Below, piece by piece: positions 11,807 through 20,504 of a stretch of DNA of 64,000 nt. The position numbers and the translations under genes are program-made. This DNA is from Bifidobacterium breve (GTDB lineage Bacteria; Actinomycetota; Acidimicrobiia; Acidimicrobiales; Acidimicrobilacustridaceae): the NCBI GenBank assembly GCA_945860545.1, contig CAMAQM010000002.1, positions 57,942 through 121,941 on the forward strand, given 5' to 3'. The stretch's first letter is position 1. The number at the start of each line of letters is the position of its first letter. A model generated the notes under the pieces. It saw nothing but the letters and a program-made list of their open reading frames with translations. It was not told where the DNA came from and did no database searches.

Positions 11807-13825
11807 GTGACCCGTCGACCGCTGCGACACACCTACTCGCGATGGGACGGCACCCAGACGGGGTTCTCCCTTGACGCCAGCGACGTCATGTCCGAGATCA
11901 CCGACGACCTGCTCTACCACGGGGACCTGTCGGCTGCGCTTCGGCGGATGATGAATTCGGGGTTCGACGACGCCGACGGGCAACGGATCCAGGGGTTGCG
12001 GGAGATCCTGCGCAAACTCGCCGAGGAACGTCGCCAACGGCTCGAACAACATGACCTCGGCGGGGTGTACGACGACATCGCCCAGCGCCTCCGTGACGTG
12101 GTGGACACCGAGCGATCTGCGCTCGACGACTTCGTTGCTGACGCCGAGAGGTCCGGTGACCAGCGCCGCAACGAGGTGGCCCAAGGTTCCGCAGCCGAGC
12201 GCCGCATGCACCTCGACCTGCTGCCACCTGACCTTGCGGGGATGGTTCGGTCACTTCAGGAGTACGACTTCACCTCCAACGACGCCCGGCAACGGTTCGA
12301 GGAACTCCTCGATGAGCTCCGTACCGAACTCGTTAACCAACAGGTGGCCCGCATGTCGGGGGCTATGGAGAACATGACGGCTGAGGACTTGGCCCGGACC
12401 AAGGACATGATGGCCGAGCTGAACCGGATGATCGAGCAGCGTTCTCGTGGGGAGGAACCGGACTTCGACGGGTTCATGGAGCGCTTCGGCGACTTCTTCC
12501 CGGAGAACCCTCGCAACCTCGACGAGTTGCTCGAGGTCATGGCCCGTCGCATGGCTGCGATGCAGTCGCTTCTCAACTCCATGACCCCCGAGCAGCGAGC
12601 CCAACTGCAGGCACTGTCCGATCAGTTGCTCGAAGACCTCGACCTGCGGTGGCAGGTCGAGCAACTCGGCCAGGCGTTGCGAAGCCAGTTCCCCCAGATG
12701 GGGTGGGACTCCTCCCAGGAGTTCAGCGGTCAGGACCCACTCGGGTTCGCAGAGGCGGCCGAGATGATGGCCGAACTGGGGGATCTTGATCAGCTTGAAC
12801 AACTGATGCGTGGTGCGGCCAACCCCGGGGCCCTCGCCGAGGTCGATCTCGATCGGGCCCGCCAACTGCTCGGTGACGACGCCGCCGACAGCCTGGAGCG
12901 GCTCTCGGAACTGAACCGCATGCTTGCCGACGCCGGGCTCATCGAACAGCGTGAGGGTCGGTGGCAGCTCAGCGCGTCCGGTATCCGACGCATCGGACAG
13001 AACGCGCTGCGGGACCTGTTCCGCAAGCTCGACGGTTCGGCGCTCGGTGGCCATCAGGTGCACCGCACCGGGGGCGGGCATGAACGTGACCTCGACACCA
13101 AGGCCTACGAGTTCGGTGACCCGTTCAACCTGCACATCGAACGCACGGTTCGAAATGCTGTGCGTCGCGCCGGGGGCGGCACGCCGGTGCAGCTGACACC
13201 CGAGGACTTCGAGGTGGAACGCACCGAACACGTCGTGCGTTCCGCCACGGTGCTGATGTTGGACCTTTCGCTGTCCATGCCGATGCGGGACAACTTCCTG
13301 CCGGCCAAGAAGGTGGCGATGGCGTTGCACTCGCTGATCACCACCCAGTTCCCCCGTGACTGGCTTGGTCTGGTCGGGTTCAGCGAGACCGCCCGGGAGA
13401 TCACCGCCGACCAACTGCCGGAGGTGTCGTGGGACTTCGTCTACGGCACCAACATGCAGCACGGTTTCGCCATTAGCCGTCGCCTTCTCAGCCGCCAGCA
13501 CGGCACCAAACAGATCATCATGATCACCGACGGCGAACCAACCGCCCACATCACCGAACGGGGCGAACCGTTCTTCAGTTACCCGCCTGTGCGCGAGACC
13601 GTCGATGCCACCTTGCGGGAAGTGGTGCGATGCACCAACGACGGGATTCGCATCAACACGTTCATGCTCGACCCCACTCCACACCTGCGGGGTTTCGTGG
13701 AGAAGCTGACCGAGCTGAACCGGGGTCGGGCGTTCTTCACCACGCCTGACACGCTCGGGGACTACGTGCTCGTCGATTTCCTCGAGCAACGTCGGTCGAT
13801 GCTGCGGGGTCGACGGGCAGGCTGA
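11807..13825 (+). CDS. VWA domain-containing protein (partner of the AAA+ ATPase)
   Basis: N-terminal YSRWDGTQ, an acidic coiled middle, and a C-terminal VWA domain with MIDAS-like MLDLSLSM. GTG 11807 was chosen because the longer track ORF overlaps rpiA antisense. Confidence 0.8.
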   Translation: MTRRPLRHTYSRWDGTQTGFSLDASDVMSEITDDLLYHGDLSAALRRMMNSGFDDADGQRIQGLREILRKLAEERRQRLEQHDLGGVYDDIAQRLRDVVDTERSALDDFVADAERSGDQRRNEVAQGSAAERRMHLDLLPPDLAGMVRSLQEYDFTSNDARQRFEELLDELRTELVNQQVARMSGAMENMTAEDLARTKDMMAELNRMIEQRSRGEEPDFDGFMERFGDFFPENPRNLDELLEVMARRMAAMQSLLNSMTPEQRAQLQALSDQLLEDLDLRWQVEQLGQALRSQFPQMGWDSSQEFSGQDPLGFAEAAEMMAELGDLDQLEQLMRGAANPGALAEVDLDRARQLLGDDAADSLERLSELNRMLADAGLIEQREGRWQLSASGIRRIGQNALRDLFRKLDGSALGGHQVHRTGGGHERDLDTKAYEFGDPFNLHIERTVRNAVRRAGGGTPVQLTPEDFEVERTEHVVRSATVLMLDLSLSMPMRDNFLPAKKVAMALHSLITTQFPRDWLGLVGFSETAREITADQLPEVSWDFVYGTNMQHGFAISRRLLSRQHGTKQIIMITDGEPTAHITERGEPFFSYPPVRETVDATLREVVRCTNDGIRINTFMLDPTPHLRGFVEKLTELNRGRAFFTTPDTLGDYVLVDFLEQRRSMLRGRRAG

Positions 13826-13846
13826 ACCCGCCCGCCGCCCGGTCGA

Positions 13847-14611
13847 TCAGATTGTCGACATCCGCGCCGCAGGGTCCTGCCCGTACCACTCGGCGAGCTC
13901 GGCGTAGAGCTCAGGTTCGTGGGTGGTGAGCAACGCCGGCGTGTCGAAGAACACCTCGGTGGCAACGGCGAAGAACTCGGCGGGGTTCACCCCGGCGTAG
14001 CTCCGCAGCGCCTTGCTGCGTCCCTCCACCACTCGTTCGTAGGCGCCAGTGCATGCCGTGATCCACCGTTGTTCCTGGTCCACGCTGTCCATCGGTGGGG
14101 TGCCGTTGGCGATCCCGACCAGCATGTCGAGTTTGTGGGCGAACTCATGGAACACCACGTTGTTCCCCTCCTCGGGGTGGCGTGCCTGATGGGTGGCGGC
14201 ATCCCACGCCACGAGGACCGGTCCCGTCGGGTCGGCCTGACCGATGATGGCAATCGGGTCGTCGCTGGCCAGACCCGCCACCTGTGAGTGCTGGCCCCGC
14301 ATGACCATGGTGGTGGGGTGCACGACGACGGCGTGCACGTTGCGAAACGAGTCTGAGGGGCGTTCGAGGGCGATGAGCGAGGCCTCTGCGGCGATGAGCA
14401 TGGTCATCTCGTCGCTCAGCAGAAAGCCGTTCGCCGCTTCCCACCGAATCCGGGCGAACAGGTCGACCGCCCGCTCCCCGAGGCGCCCCTGTTCGTCATC
14501 GTCGAGGAGGTCCCAGTGAGCCATGTGCACCGACAGCGTCGACCGCCAGGCATCGGTGAATCCCGCCTCGAGAATTTCCTTGCGGTGCCGGTGACGACTG
14601 GTGCCGAACAT
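13847..14611 (-). CDS. zinc-dependent peptidase, M90 (MtfA-like) family
   Basis: Metal site HEFAHKLD in the context VVFHEFAHKLDMLVG. The size of about 250 aa fits MtfA-like proteins. Confidence 0.7.
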   Translation of the reverse strand: MFGTSRHRHRKEILEAGFTDAWRSTLSVHMAHWDLLDDDEQGRLGERAVDLFARIRWEAANGFLLSDEMTMLIAAEASLIALERPSDSFRNVHAVVVHPTTMVMRGQHSQVAGLASDDPIAIIGQADPTGPVLVAWDAATHQARHPEEGNNVVFHEFAHKLDMLVGIANGTPPMDSVDQEQRWITACTGAYERVVEGRSKALRSYAGVNPAEFFAVATEVFFDTPALLTTHEPELYAELAEWYGQDPAARMSTI

Positions 14612-14623
14612 GTCGCCCTCCGG

Positions 14624-15448
14624 TTAGCGCGACGCCGAACGGGCGAATTTGCGTGCAGCGAGGAAGGCGAACACCACCGTGATCCCGACCGCCCAGGCAA
14701 TGGCCTGCCACAGGTCGCTGCCGGGGTCCTGACCGTTGAACAACGCCCGGGCGGCGTTGGTCAGCTTGGTGAATGGGTTGGCGTCGGCGATCGTGGCCAG
14801 CCAAGAGGGCATCGACGAGGTCAGGACGAACGCCGAGGACACGAAGGTGAGCGGAAACATCCAGATGAATCCCGCCGAGTTCGCTGCCTCGACCGAACTC
14901 ACCGACAGGCCAATGAGTGCCTGGATCCAGCTGAAGGCGTAACTGAACCCCAACAGCAGCGCCGTGGCACCAAGTGCGGCGACCCATGAGCCCTCAATAC
15001 GGAACCCGACGAGGAACGCCACCACCATCATCACCACGAACGCCACCACGTTGCGCGCCAGGTCCGACAATGTCCGTCCGATGAGTACCGCTGACTGGTG
15101 CATGGGGAGGGAACGGAGGCGGTCAATCATCCCTTTGCTCAGGTCGTCGGCGAGACCCACTCCGGTGAATGCGCTACCGAACACCACGGTCTGGGCGACG
15201 ATGCCGGGAATCAGGTACTGCTCGTAACTGGAGTAGCCCGGGGTGGCGATGGCGCCACCGAACACGTACACGAACAACAGCACGAACATGACGGGCTGGA
15301 TGGTGGCGAACACCAACAGTTCGGGGTTGCGGGGAACGGCTCGCAGGTGGCGTGTGGCCTCGGTCCAACTGTCCTTCCAGATCCAGATCGGCCCCGACGG
15401 CAGGGGAGTGGAGTCGGCGTCGTTGGCTGTCGGTGTCGTCGTGGTCAC
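14624..15448 (-). CDS. ABC-2 type transporter permease (DrrB-like)
   Basis: Multi-span hydrophobic protein. It overlaps the upstream ATPase gene by 4 nt. Confidence 0.8.
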   Translation of the reverse strand: MTTTTPTANDADSTPLPSGPIWIWKDSWTEATRHLRAVPRNPELLVFATIQPVMFVLLFVYVFGGAIATPGYSSYEQYLIPGIVAQTVVFGSAFTGVGLADDLSKGMIDRLRSLPMHQSAVLIGRTLSDLARNVVAFVVMMVVAFLVGFRIEGSWVAALGATALLLGFSYAFSWIQALIGLSVSSVEAANSAGFIWMFPLTFVSSAFVLTSSMPSWLATIADANPFTKLTNAARALFNGQDPGSDLWQAIAWAVGITVVFAFLAARKFARSASR

Positions 15449-16449
15449 TTGCGTGCCTTCCTCTTGGTCGTGGTGGCAGCGGAGTCGTTGTCGTCGTCGG
15501 GTGTTGCGGTGGATCGGCCGGTGAGTTGGAGGAACACGTCGTCGAGTGTCGGGCCCGCAACGTCGACGTCGGCGATGCCGATGCCGTCGGCGTCGAGGAG
15601 GCGCACGATCGCAGGCACCACGCCATCGGTGTCGCTGACCGTGACACTCACCGACCTTGTCACCGGGTCGACCTCGGTGGCGCCGACGGCCGCAGGGAGC
15701 CGGGAAAGTGTTGCCGCCATGGCGTCGAGCGAGGAGGCGCTCGTGCCGGTGACGGTCAGGCGCGCCCCACCAATCTGCGCCTTGAGTTCGTCGGCGGTGC
15801 CGCGGGCGATCACGACACCTTGGTCGATGACGGCGATCTGGTCGGCGAGACGTTCGGCCTCGTCGAGGTACTGGGTGGTGAGCACCGTGGTGGTGCCGTC
15901 ACGGACCAGTCCGTCGATGAGGTCCCACATGCCGAGCCGGCTGCGGGGATCGAGTCCGGTGGTGGGTTCGTCGAGGAACAGCACCGACGGCCGCGAGATG
16001 AGGCTCATGGCGATGTCGAGACGTCGGCGCATACCACCCGAATAGCCTTTGACCACCCGATCCCCAGCGTCGGTCAGGTCGAACTGGGCCAGCAGTTCGG
16101 CGGCGCGTTGACGGGCGTGGGGGGCGCTGAGGCGGAACAGGCGTCCGATGTGTTCGAGGTTCTCGGCACCGGTCAGACGTTCGTCCACCGCTGCGTACTG
16201 GCCGGTCAGACCGATCCGGGCACGCACGGCCCGTGGATCGTCGACCACGTCGATTCCGTCGATGCGTGCGGAGCCCCCGTCGGGTTGGAGCAGGGTGGTG
16301 AGGATCCGCACGGTCGTCGTCTTGCCCGCACCGTTGGGTCCGAGCAGGCCGAGCACCGTGGCACGGGGAACTTCGAGGTCGACTCCGTTGAGCGCCATGG
16401 TGGCGCCGAACTTCTTTCGCAGGTCGCGGGTTTCTACGGCGATGGTCAC
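15445..16449 (-). CDS. ABC transporter ATP-binding protein (DrrA-like)
   Basis: Walker [10 protein letters not shown], signature YSGGMRRR, Walker [12 protein letters not shown], plus the C-terminal extension typical of DrrA-type ATPases. Confidence 0.9.
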   Translation of the reverse strand: MTIAVETRDLRKKFGATMALNGVDLEVPRATVLGLLGPNGAGKTTTVRILTTLLQPDGGSARIDGIDVVDDPRAVRARIGLTGQYAAVDERLTGAENLEHIGRLFRLSAPHARQRAAELLAQFDLTDAGDRVVKGYSGGMRRRLDIAMSLISRPSVLFLDEPTTGLDPRSRLGMWDLIDGLVRDGTTTVLTTQYLDEAERLADQIAVIDQGVVIARGTADELKAQIGGARLTVTGTSASSLDAMAATLSRLPAAVGATEVDPVTRSVSVTVSDTDGVVPAIVRLLDADGIGIADVDVAGPTLDDVFLQLTGRSTATPDDDNDSAATTTKRKARK

Positions 16450-16707
16450 GCCGGGACGCTATCGGACCCACGTCAGTGGCCAACCTGTGGATAACGGGTC
16501 GAGCGGATATGGGCAGGAATTCCAAGAATTTCTTGCATTTCGGGCCCGTTCGGGGCCATGATCACGTCGTTGTAATTACACCATCGTCGTGGCAGCCCCG
16601 CTCCGGGTGCCGCCCGTGGTGGCTCGGGGGGCTGCTTCGGCGGTTCAGGGCCGGTACGGGGTTGCACAGGGGTGTCGGCGGCTGCTGGCTGACATGAGGA
16701 GGCTGGA

Positions 16708-16983
16708 ATGCGAGCTGCATCCATCGAGGTTGTCGAGGAGAGTTCGTGGCAGGACCTGGCCAACTGCCTCGGGGTGGATCCCGACCTGTTCTTCCCTGAA
16801 CGGGGAGCGTCGACCCGTGAGGCAAAAGAGGTGTGCCGTGGTTGTGTCGTCCGGGACGACTGCCTTGAGTACGCCCTGGCCAACGGGGAGAAGTTCGGCA
16901 TCTGGGGCGGCATGAGCGAGCGTGAGCGTCGACGGATCCGTCGGCAGCGTGCCCTTGCCCGTGCCGCTGAGGCCACCGCCTGA
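16708..16983 (+). CDS. WhiB family transcriptional regulator
   Basis: Four Cys (C..CRGCVVRDDC), GIWGGMSERERRR and a basic tail. GAGGAGG precedes the ATG. The gene has a 258-bp leader containing an AT-richer patch. Confidence 0.9.
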   Translation: MRAASIEVVEESSWQDLANCLGVDPDLFFPERGASTREAKEVCRGCVVRDDCLEYALANGEKFGIWGGMSERERRRIRRQRALARAAEATA

Positions 16984-17029
16984 GGGGTCGGAACCTGCGG
17001 GCAACCGGGATCGCTTCTGCGACCCCGGT

Positions 17030-17833
17030 TCAGTCCGGTGACCGGTGGGCGATACGCCACTCGATGGTGCACTCTTCGGCGAGGTCGAGTTCCTCCCAGC
17101 GGCCCCGCTCAACGGCGTGGAGCACCGCTTCGGGGATGAGTCCGACGAGCTCGGCGCCTTTGACGTCGCACCCGTGGTGCGTGGCGAGTTCGCTCACGAG
17201 GTCGTAGGCGTCGGCGGGGCCGACACGTGTCGGTTCGGTGAGGTTCATCGAGACCTGGACCCGTGTGCCCACGGCAAGCCCCAGTGCGCGCAGTCCCGGT
17301 TGACGGATCTCTCGGGCAATGTCCCGGGCGGCGTCAAGGCACGAACCGGGCAGCCAGACGTTGTAGGCCACCAACACGTCGCGCGCTCCTACCGCGCACC
17401 CTCCGGCGGTGGGGTGCGGGCTGCGTGGACCGGCGTCGGGGGCAAGGGCGCCGAACGCTTCTCGGCGTACCTCGGGCAGCGATCGATGTGCCCCGTAGGT
17501 GAAACACGGCAAGGCGAGCGCCTCCGCCGCCCACGTTGCGAACGCGTGCCGTGCCCTCTCGGCGTCGTGAGGTGCGCCGTCGAGTGACACGAACGGCACG
17601 ACGTCCACGACACCCAGGCGGGGATGGACTCCGGTGTGGACGTTGAGGTCAAGGGCGGATACCGCAGCGGCGGCAAGGCGTCGCGGGGCGGACTCGCCGA
17701 GGAGGGTGAAGACCGACCTGTTGTGGTGTGGGTCACGGTGCATGTCGAGGAGATCGTCGCCGCAGGCGTCCCGCAACACTGCAAGCACCTCGTCGTCGGT
17801 TCCCTCGCTGATGTTCACGACGCACTCGAGCAC
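17030..17833 (-). CDS. glutamate formimidoyltransferase (FTCD N-terminal domain type)
   Basis: N-terminus MLECVVNISEG and internal HPRLGVVDVVPF match the formiminotransferase signature regions. Confidence 0.75.
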   Translation of the reverse strand: MLECVVNISEGTDDEVLAVLRDACGDDLLDMHRDPHHNRSVFTLLGESAPRRLAAAAVSALDLNVHTGVHPRLGVVDVVPFVSLDGAPHDAERARHAFATWAAEALALPCFTYGAHRSLPEVRREAFGALAPDAGPRSPHPTAGGCAVGARDVLVAYNVWLPGSCLDAARDIAREIRQPGLRALGLAVGTRVQVSMNLTEPTRVGPADAYDLVSELATHHGCDVKGAELVGLIPEAVLHAVERGRWEELDLAEECTIEWRIAHRSPD

Positions 17834-17904
17834 CGGGATCCCCCTTGTCGCTGGTCACAGGGTGCCCCTGTCGGATTGAGGCTGGTGCCACTACACTCGC
17901 GCAC

Positions 17905-18099
17905 ATGACTCTCGCCATCGCCCTCGGCGGACCCGAACTGCTCGTCATCCTGCTCATCGCGCTCCTTCTCTTCGGTGGCACCCAGTTGCCCAAGTTGGCC
18001 CGGTCGCTCGGTCAGGCGCAGAAGGAATTCAAAAAGGGCATTGACGGTGGCCCAGAGGACCCCGAAACGTCGTCAACGGGCGACAAGCCGGCTTCCTGA
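17905..18099 (+). CDS. tatA: twin-arginine translocase subunit TatA/E
   Basis: GGPELLVILLIALLLFGGTQLPKLARSLGQAQKEFKKG is the canonical TatA TM plus amphipathic helix. ATG 17905 is preferred to the longer track ORF. Confidence 0.85.
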   Translation: MTLAIALGGPELLVILLIALLLFGGTQLPKLARSLGQAQKEFKKGIDGGPEDPETSSTGDKPAS

Positions 18100-18151
18100 A
18101 ACGGCCTCACCGGGTTCCGGTTGGTCCGGCCCGGCCACGTGACCGAAGCGC

Positions 18152-18472
18152 TCAGATGCCGAGTGGTTCGATGACGCCGTTGGGATCTGCGTGACCTCGT
18201 TTGCGCAGGATCCGTCGCCGCTGGCGTTCTGAGGTCCCGCCCCACACACCGTGATCGATGCGGTACTCGAGCGCGTACTCCAAACAGGGTTCTTTCACCG
18301 GGCAGGTGGCGCAGATGCGCTTGGCCACCTCCACCCCGACGCCGTCGCTCGGGAAGAAGGTGGCGGGCGGCTCAAAGCGGCAATTGCCCTCCGCCATCCA
18401 TTCCTGTTCCACAGCGTCCTCCGTTGGGGCCCGGGCTGAGTCAGCCCGGCCGATTCGCCGCGCCGCGTTCAA
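18152..18472 (-). CDS. WhiB family transcriptional regulator
   Basis: C..CATCPVKEPC, GVWGGTSERQRRR. The start is uncertain: TTG 18472 or ATG 18397. Confidence 0.85.
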   Translation of the reverse strand: MNAARRIGRADSARAPTEDAVEQEWMAEGNCRFEPPATFFPSDGVGVEVAKRICATCPVKEPCLEYALEYRIDHGVWGGTSERQRRRILRKRGHADPNGVIEPLGI

Positions 18473-18583
18473 TCCATCGCCGATGCTAGCGGCCGACCGC
18501 GCAGGGTGGGTGACCGTGGATACGCTGCGGAGAGGATCGCCTGCACCGCAGAGTCGGTAGCCGGGCCACAGGGAGGTAGAGAG

Positions 18584-20020
18584 GTGGACAATCCGGGGTC
18601 AGGCGATGAGGGTGGGCCACGCACATGGTCTGACGCCCCAAGTGGGCCACCGACCGTGCCCGAACCGCCCATCGCTGCCGAGGACCCGCCGACATGGCGT
18701 CCGGCGGGTGTGGACGGGGAGCATGCCCCCGACTGGTTGACGGGTTCGGCCGCCCCGACCCGTGTGGGGGCGCCGACCGCTCCCGCCGCCCCCTCCCCAC
18801 CAGCCCCTGCCGCTGCCCCGACCTGGCCGGCGCCCCCAGGTGCCCCACCAGTACTGCCTCCATCGACCCAGCCACAGCCCGGCTGGGGGCCACCGTCGGG
18901 GCCAACACCGCCGCCGCCTGCCCCCGATGGTCGCCGCGGCCCCGGCCTCTTCACCGTGATCGTGGTGGCGTTTCTCGCCGCCATGCTCGGAGCTGGAGCA
19001 GCGGTTGCCGTCTTAGGCAGTCAGGGCGGACAACGGGTGGTGGAACGCATCATCGAGCCGCCGCTTGCCTTCGAGGACGAGGACCTCAACATTGCGTCGC
19101 TACTCACCAAGGCCCAACCGTCGGTCGTGTCGATCCGAACCGGGGCGAGCCCCAACAGCGGTGGGATCTCCGGCGGGGCGGGGTCGGGCGTGATCATCTC
19201 AAGCGACGGGCTGGTGCTGACCAACGCCCACGTCATCGGCAACTCCACCTCGGCGGAGGTCACCCTGTTCGACGGCAAGACCCGCGAGGCAGTTCTTGTG
19301 GGGAGTTCGCCGGCGGACGACATCGCGCTGATGGCCATGGTCGACTCACCCGAGGTGGTCCCCGCCGAGCTCGGCAACTCCGCAGACGCCCGGGTGGGGG
19401 ACACGGTGGTGGCCATCGGCAACGCCCTCGACCTCGGTGGGACCCCGAGCGTGACCGAGGGGATCATCTCCGCCAAGGATCGCATCATCGAGGCCCAGAA
19501 CGGGCTGGTGCTCGAGAACCTGATCCAGACCGACGCCGCCATCAACCCGGGGAACTCAGGCGGGCCTCTGCTCAACGCTCGCGGTGAGGTCATAGGCATC
19601 AACACCGCCATCATCTCCGACGCGCAGAGTGTTGGTTTCGCCATCGCCATCGACGCCATCAAGCCGCTCATCGATGAGATCACCGCCGGCGGCGGGACGA
19701 TCCGCGGGGATCAGGCATTCCTCGGTGTGTCCATGGTCAGTGTCGAGGATCTCCTCGGGGCCACCCGTGATGAGTACGGCGTGACCGTCGACGAGGGCGT
19801 GTTCGTCACCGAGATCGTCGCCGGGTCAGCTGCCGAACAGGCCGGTATTGGTCTCGGCGATGTCATCGTGTCGGTCGATGGGCAGTCGGTGCGCACCCCA
19901 GCCGACGTCTCCACGATCATTCGGTCCAAGTCCCCCGGAGACACCGTCACGATCCGGATCGTCTCAGGCGGTGAGGAACGGGACGTGTCCGTCACTCTCG
20001 GCCAGCGCGACGGCGGCTGA
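18584..20020 (+). CDS. HtrA/DegP-like S1C serine protease with Pro-rich N-terminal region, TM segment and PDZ domain
   Basis: TNAHV, DIALM and GNSGGPL form the catalytic triad context, with a C-terminal PDZ-like GLGDVIVSVDG. GGGAGG lies 7 nt before GTG 18584. Confidence 0.85.
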   Translation: MDNPGSGDEGGPRTWSDAPSGPPTVPEPPIAAEDPPTWRPAGVDGEHAPDWLTGSAAPTRVGAPTAPAAPSPPAPAAAPTWPAPPGAPPVLPPSTQPQPGWGPPSGPTPPPPAPDGRRGPGLFTVIVVAFLAAMLGAGAAVAVLGSQGGQRVVERIIEPPLAFEDEDLNIASLLTKAQPSVVSIRTGASPNSGGISGGAGSGVIISSDGLVLTNAHVIGNSTSAEVTLFDGKTREAVLVGSSPADDIALMAMVDSPEVVPAELGNSADARVGDTVVAIGNALDLGGTPSVTEGIISAKDRIIEAQNGLVLENLIQTDAAINPGNSGGPLLNARGEVIGINTAIISDAQSVGFAIAIDAIKPLIDEITAGGGTIRGDQAFLGVSMVSVEDLLGATRDEYGVTVDEGVFVTEIVAGSAAEQAGIGLGDVIVSVDGQSVRTPADVSTIIRSKSPGDTVTIRIVSGGEERDVSVTLGQRDGG

Positions 20021-20146
20021 GTCGGCGACGGCGCCCCCGCTGACGCGGCCTCGCCACCAGGGCTGGCCGGACGGTAGGGTGGGGGACCCCGGTGACATCG
20101 GTCGCCGGAACCGATTCGCCCCCGATCCGATGGGTGGGACCCTGAG

Positions 20147-20416
20147 ATGACTGACCTGCAGACCGAGGAACCCCAGCAGCCGCGTGGTCACGTGAAGTTG
20201 ATCTACACCGGTCCCGTGGCCCCCCACTGGGAACTCCGATCGACCTACGGCGACACCACGGTCATTGAAGAGTTCCGGGCGCGGGTCATGGCCCGACTGC
20301 TGTTGCTGCCCAAGCATGACCCACAGTTCCGTCGCAACAAGGAGCGGGTGGCCCGCGACGCCGAGCGCGAACTACTCACCCTTGAGTGGGACCTCGGCTA
20401 CGGCGACGAGGAGTAG
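20147..20416 (+). CDS. hypothetical protein (89 aa)
   Basis: Clean ORF with coding-like composition between htrA and ppk. No motif recognised. Confidence 0.5.
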   Translation: MTDLQTEEPQQPRGHVKLIYTGPVAPHWELRSTYGDTTVIEEFRARVMARLLLLPKHDPQFRRNKERVARDAERELLTLEWDLGYGDEE

Positions 20417-20504
20417 CAGCGTCGCAATCGCCGGGGACATCGGGCGCTGAACCCGCTTCGGGCCCGGGCGGCGTCAGCTTCGGCCCGGTACCCTTGGCGG
20501 TCTC

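Noticed and set aside
12251-13789. 512-aa minus-strand ORF antisense to the VWA gene
   Set aside because: Shadow ORF. The plus strand carries the recognisable VWA/MIDAS protein, and the minus-strand product has no motif.
16450-16707. Putative promoter (TTGCAT ... CATGAT) and CRP-like site in the whiB leader
   Set aside because: The hexamers are weak matches found by eye, and no convincing TGTGA-N6-TCACA site is present. The support is not strong enough to annotate.
18426-18447. Inverted repeat CCGGGCTGA-G-TCAGCCCGG near the 5' end of the second whiB gene
   Set aside because: It lies inside the ORF if the TTG start is used and in the leader if ATG 18397 is used. A one-base centre gives no stable RNA loop, and I cannot tell an operator from chance in GC-rich DNA.
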